Positions 19,613 through 30,401 of a DNA stretch of 64,000 nucleotides are shown one piece after another; the first letter of the stretch is position 1, and each line of letters opens with the position of its first letter. The position numbers were made by a program, and so were the translations under genes. Under the pieces are notes generated by a model. It was not told the origin of the DNA and searched no databases. It saw only the letters and a program-made list of their open reading frames with translations. The stretch spans positions 12,698 to 76,697 of the forward strand of contig CACWJQ010000014.1 of NCBI GenBank assembly GCA_902761225.1. Direction: 5' to 3'. This stretch comes from an uncultured Lachnospiraceae bacterium (lineage in GTDB: Bacteria > Bacillota > Clostridia > Lachnospirales > Lachnospiraceae).

Positions 19613-20539
19613 TCAGAACATCCTGTAAGGCTTATACATATTCGAAGCACTGTCGTATTCATATACCGCAGCAAAGCTTCCGTCATGATGATATATCCTG
19701 AAGCGTTCATGGTCGGAAGGTACAATATCCGTCTCAACATCATCCGAAGAAAGCTTATTGCCGTTTGAGAGTATCTTCTCTGAATCCTGCTTTACCGTCA
19801 GCTTTCCAAGACCGGCAAAGACCATGTCAAGCGGCATGAGACAGCCCATAAGCTCATCCTCCCTGCCCTCATCCCGGAGCTTTTGGATCATATCAAGTGA
19901 AACGGCATTGGAGGTATTAAAGGGGCCGACAGCGGTTCTCTTAAGGGACTTCATGCATCCGCCGCACTGAAGATCTCTCCCTATGTCATCACAAAGGGAT
20001 CTGATATATGTTCCCTTGGAGCATAGAACACGTATCTTCACAATGGGCTTTTCAATGGCAAGGACCTCTATGCTGTGAATGGTAACTGTCCGGGCCTGTC
20101 TTTCAACCACGCCTCCGCTTCTTGCGATATCGTAAAGGCGTCTTCCGTCCTTCTTAAGCGCAGAGTACATGGGCGGGATCTGTTCTATCACACCCCGGTA
20201 CTTAAGCACCGCAGCCCTGATGCTGTCTTCATCAAGGTTCATCGCAGCCTCCGGATCACCTCCGTTATCTTCACCCGTAACATCCAGGGTATCCGTTGTC
20301 CTTCCCAGAAGGAGCTCCGCTTCATATTCCTTGTCCCAGTCGGTCAGCATCCCGCATACCTTGGTCGCTTTGCCAAGGGCCACCGGAAGGACTCCCGTAG
20401 CCATGGGATCGAGAGTGCCGGTATGACCGCATTTTCTCTGGCGGTATACTCCGCGGACTACCGCAACAACATCAAAGGAGGTGTATCCCGCCTCCTTTGA
20501 AATATTAAGTATTCCGTTTATTCCCGGGTCAGCCTTCAA
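19613..20539 (-). CDS. truB: tRNA pseudouridine(55) synthase
   Basis: GHTGTLDPMATGVLP, QIPPMYSALK and CSKGTYIRSL motifs. Likely TTG start at 20539 after GGAGGGAG. Confidence 0.95.
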   Translation of the reverse strand: MKADPGINGILNISKEAGYTSFDVVAVVRGVYRQRKCGHTGTLDPMATGVLPVALGKATKVCGMLTDWDKEYEAELLLGRTTDTLDVTGEDNGGDPEAAMNLDEDSIRAAVLKYRGVIEQIPPMYSALKKDGRRLYDIARSGGVVERQARTVTIHSIEVLAIEKPIVKIRVLCSKGTYIRSLCDDIGRDLQCGGCMKSLKRTAVGPFNTSNAVSLDMIQKLRDEGREDELMGCLMPLDMVFAGLGKLTVKQDSEKILSNGNKLSSDDVETDIVPSDHERFRIYHHDGSFAAVYEYDSASNMYKPYRMF

Positions 20540-20540
20540 T

Positions 20541-21512
20541 CTATGCTCCCTCCGGGCCTGCATTAAGCTGCTTATCGATGTATTTGGAAAGATTGTTCAC
20601 GCAGTCGTAAACAGTTCCGCTCATGGTGCATCCCGCAGCTCTTGCATGTCCGCCGCCGCCGAAGCGTACGGCTATCTGTGCCACATTGACCTTCTCGGAA
20701 GATCTCATTGACACCTTGTATTCCTGATTCTCGGTCTCGTACATAAAGATCGATACATCGACACCGCGGATATTCCTCAGCTGGGAAACGATTCCCTCAA
20801 AGTCCTTGCTGGTAACCTGGTAGAAATCCTGGGTCTTCCTGTCGATCCAGCTCACAACACACTTTCCGTCCATGAACCTTACGCTTTCCATAAGGCATCT
20901 TCCGAGTATCTGTGTCTGCAGATAGGTCTTCTCATAAAACGCTCTCTGGATGAGTGCTGAGTGGTCAAAACCATACTCCATCAGCTCGGCAGCTCTTCTC
21001 ATGGTCTCCGGAGAGGTGCATGAATACTGGAATACTCCGGTATCCGTTACCATTCCGGTAAAGATGCAGATGGCTATTTCTCTATCAACATATTTTTTGT
21101 CAAAAAGTGTGTAGAGCAGTTCACAGGTGGAACTTATATCGGGCTCTATGGCATTCACATCGCCCACACCCTCTTTATTGCTCTCATGGTGATCGATATT
21201 GATCCTCTTGCCTGCGGCATCAAAATACTTGCCTGCGCTTCCGAGTCTCTCACGGTTACAGTCGAGAGCAAAGTACACATCGTACGATACTCCGTCGGGA
21301 AAATCCCTTCTGATCAGTTCATACCCGGCCTCTCCGTCGAAGATGGTCGGTATGGGATTCTCCAGATTAACATCAACCTCCGCCTCAGGAAAGGCATTGA
21401 GGAGATATTTTCTCAGCGCAAGACACGATGATATGGCGTCACCGTCCGGTCTCACATGACCGCTGATGCCTATCCTCTTTGCGCCTTCACATTCCCTGAT
21501 GATATCAAGCAT
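20541..21512 (-). CDS. nrnA: DHH-family oligoribonuclease / pAp phosphatase
   Basis: HVRPDGDA, IDHH, TDTG and GGGHARAAG motifs. Start MLDII follows GAGG. Confidence 0.9.
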   Translation of the reverse strand: MLDIIRECEGAKRIGISGHVRPDGDAISSCLALRKYLLNAFPEAEVDVNLENPIPTIFDGEAGYELIRRDFPDGVSYDVYFALDCNRERLGSAGKYFDAAGKRINIDHHESNKEGVGDVNAIEPDISSTCELLYTLFDKKYVDREIAICIFTGMVTDTGVFQYSCTSPETMRRAAELMEYGFDHSALIQRAFYEKTYLQTQILGRCLMESVRFMDGKCVVSWIDRKTQDFYQVTSKDFEGIVSQLRNIRGVDVSIFMYETENQEYKVSMRSSEKVNVAQIAVRFGGGGHARAAGCTMSGTVYDCVNNLSKYIDKQLNAGPEGA

Positions 21513-21525
21513 TTGGTAATTCCTC

Positions 21526-21924
21526 TTATTCTCCGTCAGATACATCCTCATCAGTATCGACATGTCTGGCCTCATCCTCGGCCACGATCTCATCGATCTT
21601 ATGGATCATATCGACACCGTACTCCGTTGATGAATCGGAGATAAATGTAAGTTCGGGAGTATTGCGCAGGTTCATCCTGTGAGCAAGCTCATGTCTGATG
21701 AAGCCTGCAGCGGACTCAAGTCCCCTGATGGTATTGTCCCTGTCCTCTTCAGATCCGAGGACCGAGATCCATACCTTACAGGTCTTGAGATCAGGAGCAA
21801 CGTACACTTCGATCACACTTGCCCAGGGACTTACCCTCGGATCCTTGACATCCCGGATTATCGAGGACAGTTCCTTCTGAACTTCCGAATTAAGTCTGAT
21901 ATTTTTTATACTGTTCTTTCTCAC
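21526..21924 (-). CDS. rbfA: Ribosome-binding factor A
   Basis: [21 protein letters not shown] motifs; located after infB. Confidence 0.95.
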   Translation of the reverse strand: MRKNSIKNIRLNSEVQKELSSIIRDVKDPRVSPWASVIEVYVAPDLKTCKVWISVLGSEEDRDNTIRGLESAAGFIRHELAHRMNLRNTPELTFISDSSTEYGVDMIHKIDEIVAEDEARHVDTDEDVSDGE

Positions 21925-24900
21925 GTTCTGGGAACCTCTACCATTACATATGCTTCAACACGGTCAAGCTCCTGGATGGAATCGAATCCGTCAAATACGA
22001 GTCCGCATTCGAAGCCTTCCTTAACTTCCTTGGCATCGTCCTTAAATCTCTTGAGGGATGAAAGAACTCCTTCGTAAACCTGTTCCTCGCCTCTTGTGAT
22101 ACGCACCTTGCAGCCTCTCTGCATGACACCGTCGAGCACGTAGGAACCTGCGATATTACCGATGGCAGATGCCTTGAAGATCTGTCTGATCTCGGCATGT
22201 CCGATGATCTTCTCCTCGAATACGGGATCGAGAAGTCCCTTCATCGCACGCTCGATATCTTCGATTGCCTTGTAGATGACATCATAGCATCTTACATCAA
22301 CGTTCTCCTGCTCAGCCTTCTCTGCTGCCTGGGTATCGGGCTTGACATTGAAGCCGATGATGATCGCATTGGATGCACCGGCAAGGTTGACATCGGATTC
22401 GTTGATGGCACCTACGCCGCCATGGATAACCTTGACAACAACCTCGTCTCCGGAGAGCTTGAGCAGTGATTCCTTGAGTGCCTCAACAGAACCCTGTACG
22501 TCTGCCTTGATGATAAGGTCGAGTTCCTTGAGGTTCTCCTCCTTGATCTTGGAGAAGAGATCCTCGAGGCTCATACGGCCCTGAGTCTCCGCAAGCTTCT
22601 GCTTCTTGTTCTCTGCAGTATAGGTATCCGCATAGGACTTGGCTTCCTTATCGGATTCATGTGCAAGGAATACTTCGCCTGCTTCAGGAACGGAGTTAAG
22701 TCCGAGTATCTCGACGGGAGTGGAAGGTCCGCATGTCTTAACATTCTCACCCTTGTCATCTATCATCGCACGTACTTTGCCGTGTGCAGCACCTGCCGAT
22801 ACAAAGTCACCGACACGTAAAGTTCCCTTCTGAACAAGGATGGTGGCAACAGGACCTCTGCCTTTGTCGAGCTTGGCCTCGATGACGACACCTCTTGCCT
22901 TTCTGTTGGGATTAGCCTTAAGTTCGAGCACATCAGCAGTAAGAAGGATCATATCAAGGAGATTATCAAGTCCCTCTCCTGTCTTGGCTGAAACGGGAGC
23001 AAATACAGTGGATCCTCCCCAGTCCTCAGATATGAGTTCATACTCTGAGAGTTCCTGCTTTACTCTGTCTATATTGGCTGAAGGCTTATCGATCTTGTTG
23101 ACTGCAACGATGATCTCTACGCCTGCTGCCTTGGCATGATTGATAGCTTCAACGGTCTGGGGCATGACGCCGTCATCGGCAGCAACAACCAGGATCGCGA
23201 TATCGGTGGAATTAGCTCCACGCATACGCATTGCAGTGAATGCTTCGTGTCCGGGGGTATCAAGGAAAGTGATGGACTTGCCCTTGACATCAACGGTATA
23301 CGCACCGATAGCCTGAGTGATACCGCCTGCCTCCTTGGAGGTAACGTGTGTCTCTCTGATGGCATCAAGGAGTGAAGTCTTACCGTGATCTACATGTCCC
23401 ATTACGCAGACAACGGGAGGTCTCTCAACAAGCTTGCCCTCATCCTCTTCATCCTCTTTGAGAAGCTCTTCAATAACGTTGACCTTAACCTCATGCTCGC
23501 AGAGTATCTCGTACTCCATTGCGATATTCTCGGCATCCTCGTATGAGATCTCCTGGTTAACGGTAACGATCTTGCCTGTAAGGAAGAGCTTCTTGATGAT
23601 ATCGGAAGCCTTCATCTTCATCTTGGCTGCAAGATCACCGATGGTTATGGAATCGGGAAGGGTGATCACCTTGATCTGTTCTTCCACTACTTCCTCCACC
23701 TTCTTCTCGGGCTTGATGAAACGCCCTGCCTTCTTGCCGGAGGACATCTCCTCCTCGTTATACTTTATATCCTTGTGTCTGTTGTTCTTTTCTTCGTTCC
23801 TGCGCCTTGCGTCGCGGCCCCCTTTATTGCTCGTAGGGCCGTCTGAGGTAAAGATCTTGCCTCCGCCAGCACCTTTACCGCCTCCGAATCCAGCTCCCGG
23901 TCTCGCATTTGGTCTCTGATTTCCAGGCCCACCAGCAAAGCCCCTGCCAGGAGCTCCAGCAAAAGAGCCGCCCTTTTGAGGGTTTTGCGTCCCCTGGAAA
24001 GAGTTCGTACGGCCTTGCCCATTTTGCCTGTAGGACGGGTTTTGTGAACCCGCTTTGTCATTTGTCTGCGCGCCTTGGCCATATCCGTTTCCTCCGCGGT
24101 ATCCACCCTTAGAACGCTGTCCGGGTCTGTCGTTGATGCTTATGGAATGACTTCTGCCTCCATTATCCCTGCCATCCCTGCCGGGCTGAGGTCTGCTCTG
24201 CTGTCCGGCATTGCGTGAATTCTGGGCTGCAGCATTTTGTGCAGGTGCATTTGAAACAGGTCTGTCATTATTCTTAACCTGCTGCGTCTCTGCTTCGGGA
24301 GCAGGCTTAGCGGCAGGTGCATTGTTGACAGGTGAAGCGGGTGCAGCAGGAGCCGGTGTATTTTCAGGCTTCGGCTTTCTCGCATTCTGAATGCTCTTGG
24401 GATCCTGTACCATATTGATGGTAGGGGTATCCGAAGGAGCGGTAAGAGGCTTGATGATCCTTCTTGCCTCGGGTCTTCCGGACTGAACTGCGTTACCGGG
24501 CCTTGAAGGCTTAGCCTGATTGTGTGTACCGGGCTGAACGGAGGGTCTTACATTGGAGCCTCCGGTATAAGCCCTGGGAGGCTGTGATGAGCCCTGTCCC
24601 TGTGCTTTGCCCTGGTTGTTATTAACGATTATGATCTTCTTTCTCTGCTGCGCAGGAGCCGCACCCTGACCTGATGCAGGTGCTGCAGAGGGAGCCTGTA
24701 CAGGTCTTGCTGCTTCTGCTGCGGACTTTTCGGAATGCTCTTTGCCGGCATTTGAAACCGGTGCAGCTTCTTTGCTTTCTGCAGGAGCAGGCTTAGGCGC
24801 AGGTGCTTCGCTCTTTCCCGCACCGAATCTGGCTCTGAGCTTATTCGCCTCTTCATCCGAAACAGAGCTTGAATGTGACTTTACATCCATGCCCATTTCG

Positions 24901-24974
24901 ATAGCAGCATTAACAACCTCATTACTCTTCAAGCCCAATTCTTTTGCAATTTCATGTAGTCTGGTTTTTGCCAT
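21921..24974 (-). CDS. infB: Translation initiation factor IF-2
   Basis: [25 protein letters not shown] and NKID G-domain motifs; long low-complexity N-terminus. Confidence 0.98.
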   Translation of the reverse strand: MAKTRLHEIAKELGLKSNEVVNAAIEMGMDVKSHSSSVSDEEANKLRARFGAGKSEAPAPKPAPAESKEAAPVSNAGKEHSEKSAAEAARPVQAPSAAPASGQGAAPAQQRKKIIIVNNNQGKAQGQGSSQPPRAYTGGSNVRPSVQPGTHNQAKPSRPGNAVQSGRPEARRIIKPLTAPSDTPTINMVQDPKSIQNARKPKPENTPAPAAPASPVNNAPAAKPAPEAETQQVKNNDRPVSNAPAQNAAAQNSRNAGQQSRPQPGRDGRDNGGRSHSISINDRPGQRSKGGYRGGNGYGQGAQTNDKAGSQNPSYRQNGQGRTNSFQGTQNPQKGGSFAGAPGRGFAGGPGNQRPNARPGAGFGGGKGAGGGKIFTSDGPTSNKGGRDARRRNEEKNNRHKDIKYNEEEMSSGKKAGRFIKPEKKVEEVVEEQIKVITLPDSITIGDLAAKMKMKASDIIKKLFLTGKIVTVNQEISYEDAENIAMEYEILCEHEVKVNVIEELLKEDEEDEGKLVERPPVVCVMGHVDHGKTSLLDAIRETHVTSKEAGGITQAIGAYTVDVKGKSITFLDTPGHEAFTAMRMRGANSTDIAILVVAADDGVMPQTVEAINHAKAAGVEIIVAVNKIDKPSANIDRVKQELSEYELISEDWGGSTVFAPVSAKTGEGLDNLLDMILLTADVLELKANPNRKARGVVIEAKLDKGRGPVATILVQKGTLRVGDFVSAGAAHGKVRAMIDDKGENVKTCGPSTPVEILGLNSVPEAGEVFLAHESDKEAKSYADTYTAENKKQKLAETQGRMSLEDLFSKIKEENLKELDLIIKADVQGSVEALKESLLKLSGDEVVVKVIHGGVGAINESDVNLAGASNAIIIGFNVKPDTQAAEKAEQENVDVRCYDVIYKAIEDIERAMKGLLDPVFEEKIIGHAEIRQIFKASAIGNIAGSYVLDGVMQRGCKVRITRGEEQVYEGVLSSLKRFKDDAKEVKEGFECGLVFDGFDSIQELDRVEAYVMVEVPRT

Positions 24975-24977
24975 TAA

Positions 24978-25301
24978 TTAAAAATCCTCCTCAAAAAGCT
25001 CAGGTGCCGCCTTCTTCATAGCGCGACACAAACCTTCATCCTTTACCGCCAGAGCACTTCGCAGATTCTTTCCCACAGCCCTGCCGAGAGACTCTCTGTC
25101 CGAATATACCGCAAATGGTACTTCGTAATATTTACATTTGTCCGTATACATCTTCCGTGAACCTTCCGATGCATCACCGGCTATGATGACGCACACTGCT
25201 GTACCGTCTCTGATACTTTCGAGAACCTGTGTCTCACCGCCGGCTATCTTTCCTGCCTTCTGGGCAAGCCCCAGAAGCGATAAAATCCTGTCTCCCGTAA
25301 T
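24978..25301 (-). CDS. ylxQ: L7Ae/L30e-family RNA-binding protein; start codon non-canonical or uncertain
   Basis: Frame reads ITGDRILSLLGLAQKAGKIAGGETQVLESIRDGTAVCVIIAGDAS..., the L7Ae signature, between ylxR and infB. No ATG, GTG or TTG occurs between the upstream in-frame TAG-TAG and the conserved core. Confidence 0.85.
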   Translation of the reverse strand: MTGDRILSLLGLAQKAGKIAGGETQVLESIRDGTAVCVIIAGDASEGSRKMYTDKCKYYEVPFAVYSDRESLGRAVGKNLRSALAVKDEGLCRAMKKAAPELFEEDF

Positions 25302-25308
25302 GACTCCT

Positions 25309-25575
25309 TTACTGTTTGTGTCCTACTATGAACTCTGTTACTTTTCCTATGGTCTCTTCCGAAACCGCAGTCTTAAATGCCCTGTCCAGTCCCCGTCTCT
25401 TAAGAGCCTTCTCCAGGCAGCTTTCGGACACGCATATGTATGCTCCGCGGCCGTTTGCACGGCCGGTCTCATCAGGGACTATCTCTCCCTGTGTATTACG
25501 CACGATACGGAGCATGGTCTTCTTGTCATGCACCTCTCCGCATCCCACACATGTTCTGGACACTTCTGACTTCAT
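25309..25575 (-). CDS. ylxR: YlxR/RnpM family protein (DUF448)
   Basis: RTCVGC...LRIVR...GRGAYIC motif; conserved position after nusA. Confidence 0.92.
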   Translation of the reverse strand: MKSEVSRTCVGCGEVHDKKTMLRIVRNTQGEIVPDETGRANGRGAYICVSESCLEKALKRRGLDRAFKTAVSEETIGKVTEFIVGHKQ

Positions 25576-25577
25576 TA

Positions 25578-26741
25578 TTACTGCTCTTCCTCTGAAGGCG
25601 CTTCGCTGTAGCCTTCCTCATAGTTCTCATCATATGCTTCATCGGCTTCATCTGAATACTCGTAATCCTCATAACGGAATCCGGGAGCATCCTTAGCCTG
25701 TGATTCTGACTTGATATCGATCTTGTATCCGGTGAGTCTTGCCGCAAGTCTTGCGTTCTGTCCTTCCTTGCCGATCGCAAGAGAAAGCTGGTCATCGGGA
25801 ACGACTACCTTAGCGGTCTTCTCATAAGGATCTGCAAATACCGCAAGAACGGATGCGGGTGAAAGTGCATTCTGAACAAGGTTTCCGGGGTTGTCATCCC
25901 AGCATACGATATCGATCTTCTCATCGTTGAGCTCGCTTACGACTGCATTTACTCTGTCTCCGTTCATGCCTACGCATGCGCCGACAGGATCCACATCGGG
26001 ATTGTTGCTCCATACGGCGATCTTGGAACGGCTTCCGGGCTCACGTGCGATGCTTCTGATCTCAACGATACCGTCAGCGATCTCGGTGACTTCATTCTCG
26101 AATAGACATCTTACAAGCTCCGGATGAGTGCGGCTTACGCTGATACGGGGGCCCTTGGGAGTGGACTTAACATCAAGAACATACACCTTAAGTCTGTCTC
26201 CGTTACTGTATTTCTCGCCGGGGATCATCTCGGACTCTGCAAGTATTCCGTCTGCCTTGCCGAGGTTGAGGCTTGCATTGCCTCCCACATAGTGATTAAA
26301 GGTTCCGGTAACAACATTCTTTCTTCTTCCGGAGAACTGATCGAATACTGCATGTCTCTCCTCTTCACGGATCTTCTGAAGGATCACGTTCTTGGCGCTC
26401 ATTGCAGCGATACGAGTAAGATCATCGGACTTTATATCAACCTGTACAACGTCTCCAACCTGTGCATCGGGAGCGATAGCCCTTGCATCTTCGGGGGAGA
26501 TATCCTCAAGAGGGTCCATAACATCATCCGCAGTCTCGACAACAGTCTTCTCTGCGTAGATACGATAATCACCGGTGTCGCGATTGATCTCGGCACGGAT
26601 GTTTTTGATGTTCTCATTTCTGCCGTACAGGTTTCTGCAGCCTGCAACGAGTGCATTTTCAATAGCTTCGAAAATGGACTCTCTGTCAATGCCTTTTTCC
26701 TTTGCAAGCAGATCAAGACTCTCAATAAGTTCGCTGTTCAT
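25578..26741 (-). CDS. nusA: Transcription termination/antitermination factor NusA
   Basis: [35 protein letters not shown] and [16 protein letters not shown] motifs. Confidence 0.98.
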   Translation of the reverse strand: MNSELIESLDLLAKEKGIDRESIFEAIENALVAGCRNLYGRNENIKNIRAEINRDTGDYRIYAEKTVVETADDVMDPLEDISPEDARAIAPDAQVGDVVQVDIKSDDLTRIAAMSAKNVILQKIREEERHAVFDQFSGRRKNVVTGTFNHYVGGNASLNLGKADGILAESEMIPGEKYSNGDRLKVYVLDVKSTPKGPRISVSRTHPELVRCLFENEVTEIADGIVEIRSIAREPGSRSKIAVWSNNPDVDPVGACVGMNGDRVNAVVSELNDEKIDIVCWDDNPGNLVQNALSPASVLAVFADPYEKTAKVVVPDDQLSLAIGKEGQNARLAARLTGYKIDIKSESQAKDAPGFRYEDYEYSDEADEAYDENYEEGYSEAPSEEEQ

Positions 26742-26768
26742 TTTGTTTTTTCCCTTTTCCTTTCTGTA

Positions 26769-27266
26769 TTAAAGATCAAAAGTAAGTTTTATGACTGATA
26801 TGTCGCTTCTGTTCCAGACAGCATCAAGCTCTGTTTCAGGATCCGTGATGGTCACGGTGTCCTTATCGAATGCCTTGAGGATCCCAACTGTCTGTTTGCC
26901 CTTTACAGGCTTTTCTTCGGTTCCGCCGATGACCTGAGGTTTGTAGAACGAGATCTCCACCTCTTCTCCTACGGACTGACTTAAATGCCTGTCCTTGGAG
27001 AGTGTTCTTCCAAGTCCCGGACTCGATACCTCCAGTATGTACTGTTCCTCGATCAGTCCGGATTCATCCAGCTTAGCTTCGAAAGCACGGCTTACTGCTT
27101 CACAGTCGTCTATCGTAACTCCGCCTTCCTTGTCAATATATGCCCTGAGATACTTCTCACCGTTTTCAGTGACATATTCCACATCGTAGACCGTCACTCC
27201 ATACTCTTCGGTAACAGGTATCAGCAGCTTCTCGGCCTTAGCGGCCAAAACATCGGCTTTGCCCAT
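26769..27266 (-). CDS. rimP: Ribosome maturation factor RimP
   Basis: YIDKEGGVTIDDC and YILEVSSPGLGR motifs. Confidence 0.95.
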   Translation of the reverse strand: MGKADVLAAKAEKLLIPVTEEYGVTVYDVEYVTENGEKYLRAYIDKEGGVTIDDCEAVSRAFEAKLDESGLIEEQYILEVSSPGLGRTLSKDRHLSQSVGEEVEISFYKPQVIGGTEEKPVKGKQTVGILKAFDKDTVTITDPETELDAVWNRSDISVIKLTFDL

Positions 27267-27312
27267 TATTATCCCTCATGTAAATGTGTAAAAAGAGTTC
27301 CTAACAAACACA

Positions 27313-27337
27313 TAAGAGTGGCCGGTGGCCACTCTTA
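27313..27337 (-). promoter_or_regulatory. Leader hairpin of the rimP-nusA-infB operon
   Basis: Perfect 11-bp stem TAAGAGTGGCC-GGT-GGCCACTCTTA downstream of a TTGACA-17-TACATT promoter (27356-27384). Confidence 0.55.
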
Positions 27338-27420
27338 CGATCAACTACATAGGTTAATGTATACCACATATAGTGTAATGTCAAGAAAAATCCCTGCCAT
27401 TTATTACACATAAGGCCCTG

Positions 27421-29094
27421 TCAGATCTTCTTCTCAAGTTCACTGACAAGCTTTTCGATACATCCGTCCCTGAAGGGACTCTCCAGCCCGACACTTTCAA
27501 GCATCGGCTCATAGAATCTGGTAGCTGACAGCCTGCAGAGCTTCAGGTAATCCTCAAAAGCACCTCTGAAATCCTTATCCATCCTCACCTTGAACTGCAT
27601 TGCACAGATGCTGGCAAGGACATAATCTATGTAATAGAAGGGACTCTGGAAGATATGTCCCTGTCTCTGCCAGTATCCGCCCTCTCCGAAGAAAGGATCG
27701 TTATCATAGTCCATATGAGGTCTGTAGACCTTCTCAAGTTCCCTCCAGACATTCTTCCTTTCAAGCGGAGTCATGCCGGGGTTATCGTAAATGATATGCT
27801 GGAATTCATCAACCATGCAGCCGTAGGGAACAAAGATGATGGAATCCTCGAGATGCATTGTATAGTAGTCGTCCTTCCTGTCTCCGAAGAACTTCTCCAT
27901 CCATCCGTATGTAAAATACTCCATGGACATGGAATGGATCTCAGCCGTCTCCATGGTTATCTCATTGTGCTCGGGGATGGGATCGTTCCTTGTGATAAAT
28001 CCCTGGAAAGCGTGACCGCACTCGTGGGTTATGACATCCACATCTCCGCTGGTGCCGTTGAAGTTGGCGAAGATGAAGGGAGCCTTATACTCAGGCATAA
28101 ATGTCATATATCCGCCCTGGCGCTTGGTCTTGCGTCCCAGAACATCGAAGAGATCGTACTGTCTCATAAAGTCTATGAATTCAGCGGTCTCAGGCGAAAG
28201 CTCGCGGTACATTTCCTGACCTGCCGCAAGTATCTCTTCAGGAGTTCCTATGGGCTTGGGATTGCCGTTGGTGAAGTAGACACCATTGTCATAATATTTC
28301 AGACTGTCTACGCCGATGCGGCTGCGTCTCTTTTCATGTATCTTCGTTGCAAGGGGAACAAAGGCTTCCTTGACCTGTCTGCGGAAGTTCTCAACCTGCT
28401 CCCTTCCGTAGCTGTTCCTGTTCATGCGCATGTAGGCAAGGGGGATGTAATTGTCATATCCCATCTCCTTCGCCTGGGCAGTACGGTTTGCCACCATCTT
28501 ATCGTAGATATCGTCGATATCTCCCGTGACGGTAAGGAAGTAATCGCTGATGGCCTTCCATGCACGCTTTCTGACATCCCTGTCAGAAGATGTGGTGAAC
28601 TTTGTCATAAGGCTTAAGTTGTACTCTTCTCCGTCAAAGGGAATCTTAGCGGTTGCGATGAGCTTGGTATATCTGCTTGAAAGCTCATTCTCTTCCTGGG
28701 CAAGTGAGACTATCTTCTCATCAAATGCCTTGATGGCAAGTTCCATGCTCTTAAAAGCCACGGGTCCCAGCTTTTCTTCAAACTGCGCCCTGAAGGGTGT
28801 CTTAAACAGCACCTTGTTATATTCTGTTGTACAGCTCATAAGAAGGGGCTCTACGCTGTCATAGTAATCATTTTCCCTGTCATAGAACTCATCTGTGGTA
28901 TCTATGTCATGGCGTATGTGGGCGATGACGATCTGGGTCATGGCATGCTCGGAAAGCTTTGTCACTTTCTCATGCACGCTCCACGCCTCTTCGAAGCTTG
29001 CTGCCTTTGCAAGAGCTTCGGTAAGTTCCCTGTATTCCTTTATGACACCGTCTCCATCAACGCGTTCATAGGGAAGATCCTTGAATTTCTGCAT
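27421..29094 (-). CDS. M3-family oligoendopeptidase (PepF-like)
   Basis: HECGH zinc motif, AEIHSMSME and FYYIDY. Start MQKFK. Confidence 0.9.
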   Translation of the reverse strand: MQKFKDLPYERVDGDGVIKEYRELTEALAKAASFEEAWSVHEKVTKLSEHAMTQIVIAHIRHDIDTTDEFYDRENDYYDSVEPLLMSCTTEYNKVLFKTPFRAQFEEKLGPVAFKSMELAIKAFDEKIVSLAQEENELSSRYTKLIATAKIPFDGEEYNLSLMTKFTTSSDRDVRKRAWKAISDYFLTVTGDIDDIYDKMVANRTAQAKEMGYDNYIPLAYMRMNRNSYGREQVENFRRQVKEAFVPLATKIHEKRRSRIGVDSLKYYDNGVYFTNGNPKPIGTPEEILAAGQEMYRELSPETAEFIDFMRQYDLFDVLGRKTKRQGGYMTFMPEYKAPFIFANFNGTSGDVDVITHECGHAFQGFITRNDPIPEHNEITMETAEIHSMSMEYFTYGWMEKFFGDRKDDYYTMHLEDSIIFVPYGCMVDEFQHIIYDNPGMTPLERKNVWRELEKVYRPHMDYDNDPFFGEGGYWQRQGHIFQSPFYYIDYVLASICAMQFKVRMDKDFRGAFEDYLKLCRLSATRFYEPMLESVGLESPFRDGCIEKLVSELEKKI

Positions 29095-29204
29095 ATCTTT
29101 TTTCCTTTTTATTTTCTGATATTTCATCCTGTAGTTAAAAGGATGAGTTACATTTTAAGAAAAATACGGTGAACGGAAATGATCATCCGTTCACCGGTAT
29201 ATCA

Positions 29205-30401
29205 TTATTTTTTCTTACCCTTCGGTTTTCCGTTATCTTTTTTTGACGGATCGTCTGCGGGCTTTTCTTTTGCAGACTCTTTGCCTGCGGTCTCTTTCTC
29301 TATTGCAATCTCTTTGTCCGGTGTCTTGTCTGCAGGCTTTTCCTCAGTCTTTGCAGTATCTGCGGAAGTAGCGGTCTTGTCCAGATCAGGATCGTAGAGA
29401 TGGCATGCACAGAAATGTCCGGGCTCCACCTCTCTCATCTCAGGGGATACGGTCTTGCATATCTCCATGCACTTCTCGCATCTTGTATGGAACTTGCATC
29501 CGGATGGAGGATTTGCAGGCGAAGGAATGCTTCCCTGAAGGACTATACGGTTCATCTTGTAATCGGGATCCGGTACAGGAATCGCAGAAAACAGTGCCAT
29601 GGTATAAGGGTGAAGAGGCTTTGAATAGATCTTCTCCGTCTCCGAATACTCTACCATGTTGCCAAGGTACATAACTCCCACGGTATCAGATATATGCTCT
29701 ACCACCGACAGGTCGTGAGAGATGAACAGATATGTCAGTCCGAACTGCTTCTGAAGATCCCTGAGCAGATTGATGATCTGTGCCTGGATTGAGACATCGA
29801 GAGCCGAAACGGGCTCATCACAGAGTATGAACTCGGGATTGAGGGCAAGGGCTCTTGCGATACAGATCCTCTGACGCTGTCCGCCGGAGAACTCGTGAGG
29901 ATAACGGTTCTTGTGCCACTCCTGAAGTCCGCATGCCTCCATTACCCTGGTGATATAATCATCGATCTCTTCCTTCGGTACAATGTTATGTTCCCTGACT
30001 GCCTCTCCTATGATTTCCCCGATGGGAAGTCTGGGTGAAAGACTTGAATAGGGATCCTGGAAGATTATCTGTATCCTGGGACGAAGCTTTCTCAGCTCTT
30101 CCTTGGACAGCTTGAAGATATCCTGTCCGTCAAAGATAACTTCACCCTCAGTCTTTTCCTGAAGTCTCAATATGGTCCTTCCGGTGGTGGATTTTCCGCA
30201 TCCCGACTCTCCAACAAGGCCCATTGTGGTACCTCTTTTTATGGAGAAGGACACGCCGTCAACAGCCTTGACATTACCGACAGTCATCTTAAAGAAGCTG
30301 GATTTGATGGGGAAGTACTTCTTCAGATTTCTGACCACAAGAAGGTTTTCGCTATCGTTTTCAGCACCGGCGATAACGCCCTGTTCTTTTACCTCACTCA
30401 T
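29205..30401 (-). CDS. oppF: Oligopeptide ABC transporter ATP-binding subunit
   Basis: [25 protein letters not shown] and HPYT motifs; Cys-rich C-terminus and K/E-rich tail. Confidence 0.9.
   Translation of the reverse strand: MSEVKEQGVIAGAENDSENLLVVRNLKKYFPIKSSFFKMTVGNVKAVDGVSFSIKRGTTMGLVGESGCGKSTTGRTILRLQEKTEGEVIFDGQDIFKLSKEELRKLRPRIQIIFQDPYSSLSPRLPIGEIIGEAVREHNIVPKEEIDDYITRVMEACGLQEWHKNRYPHEFSGGQRQRICIARALALNPEFILCDEPVSALDVSIQAQIINLLRDLQKQFGLTYLFISHDLSVVEHISDTVGVMYLGNMVEYSETEKIYSKPLHPYTMALFSAIPVPDPDYKMNRIVLQGSIPSPANPPSGCKFHTRCEKCMEICKTVSPEMREVEPGHFCACHLYDPDLDKTATSADTAKTEEKPADKTPDKEIAIEKETAGKESAKEKPADDPSKKDNGKPKGKKK

Noticed and set aside
23700-24850. Low-complexity P/A/Q/G-rich stretch in infB as an insertion
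   Set aside because: Long disordered N-terminal regions are normal for IF-2, and the frame is intact.
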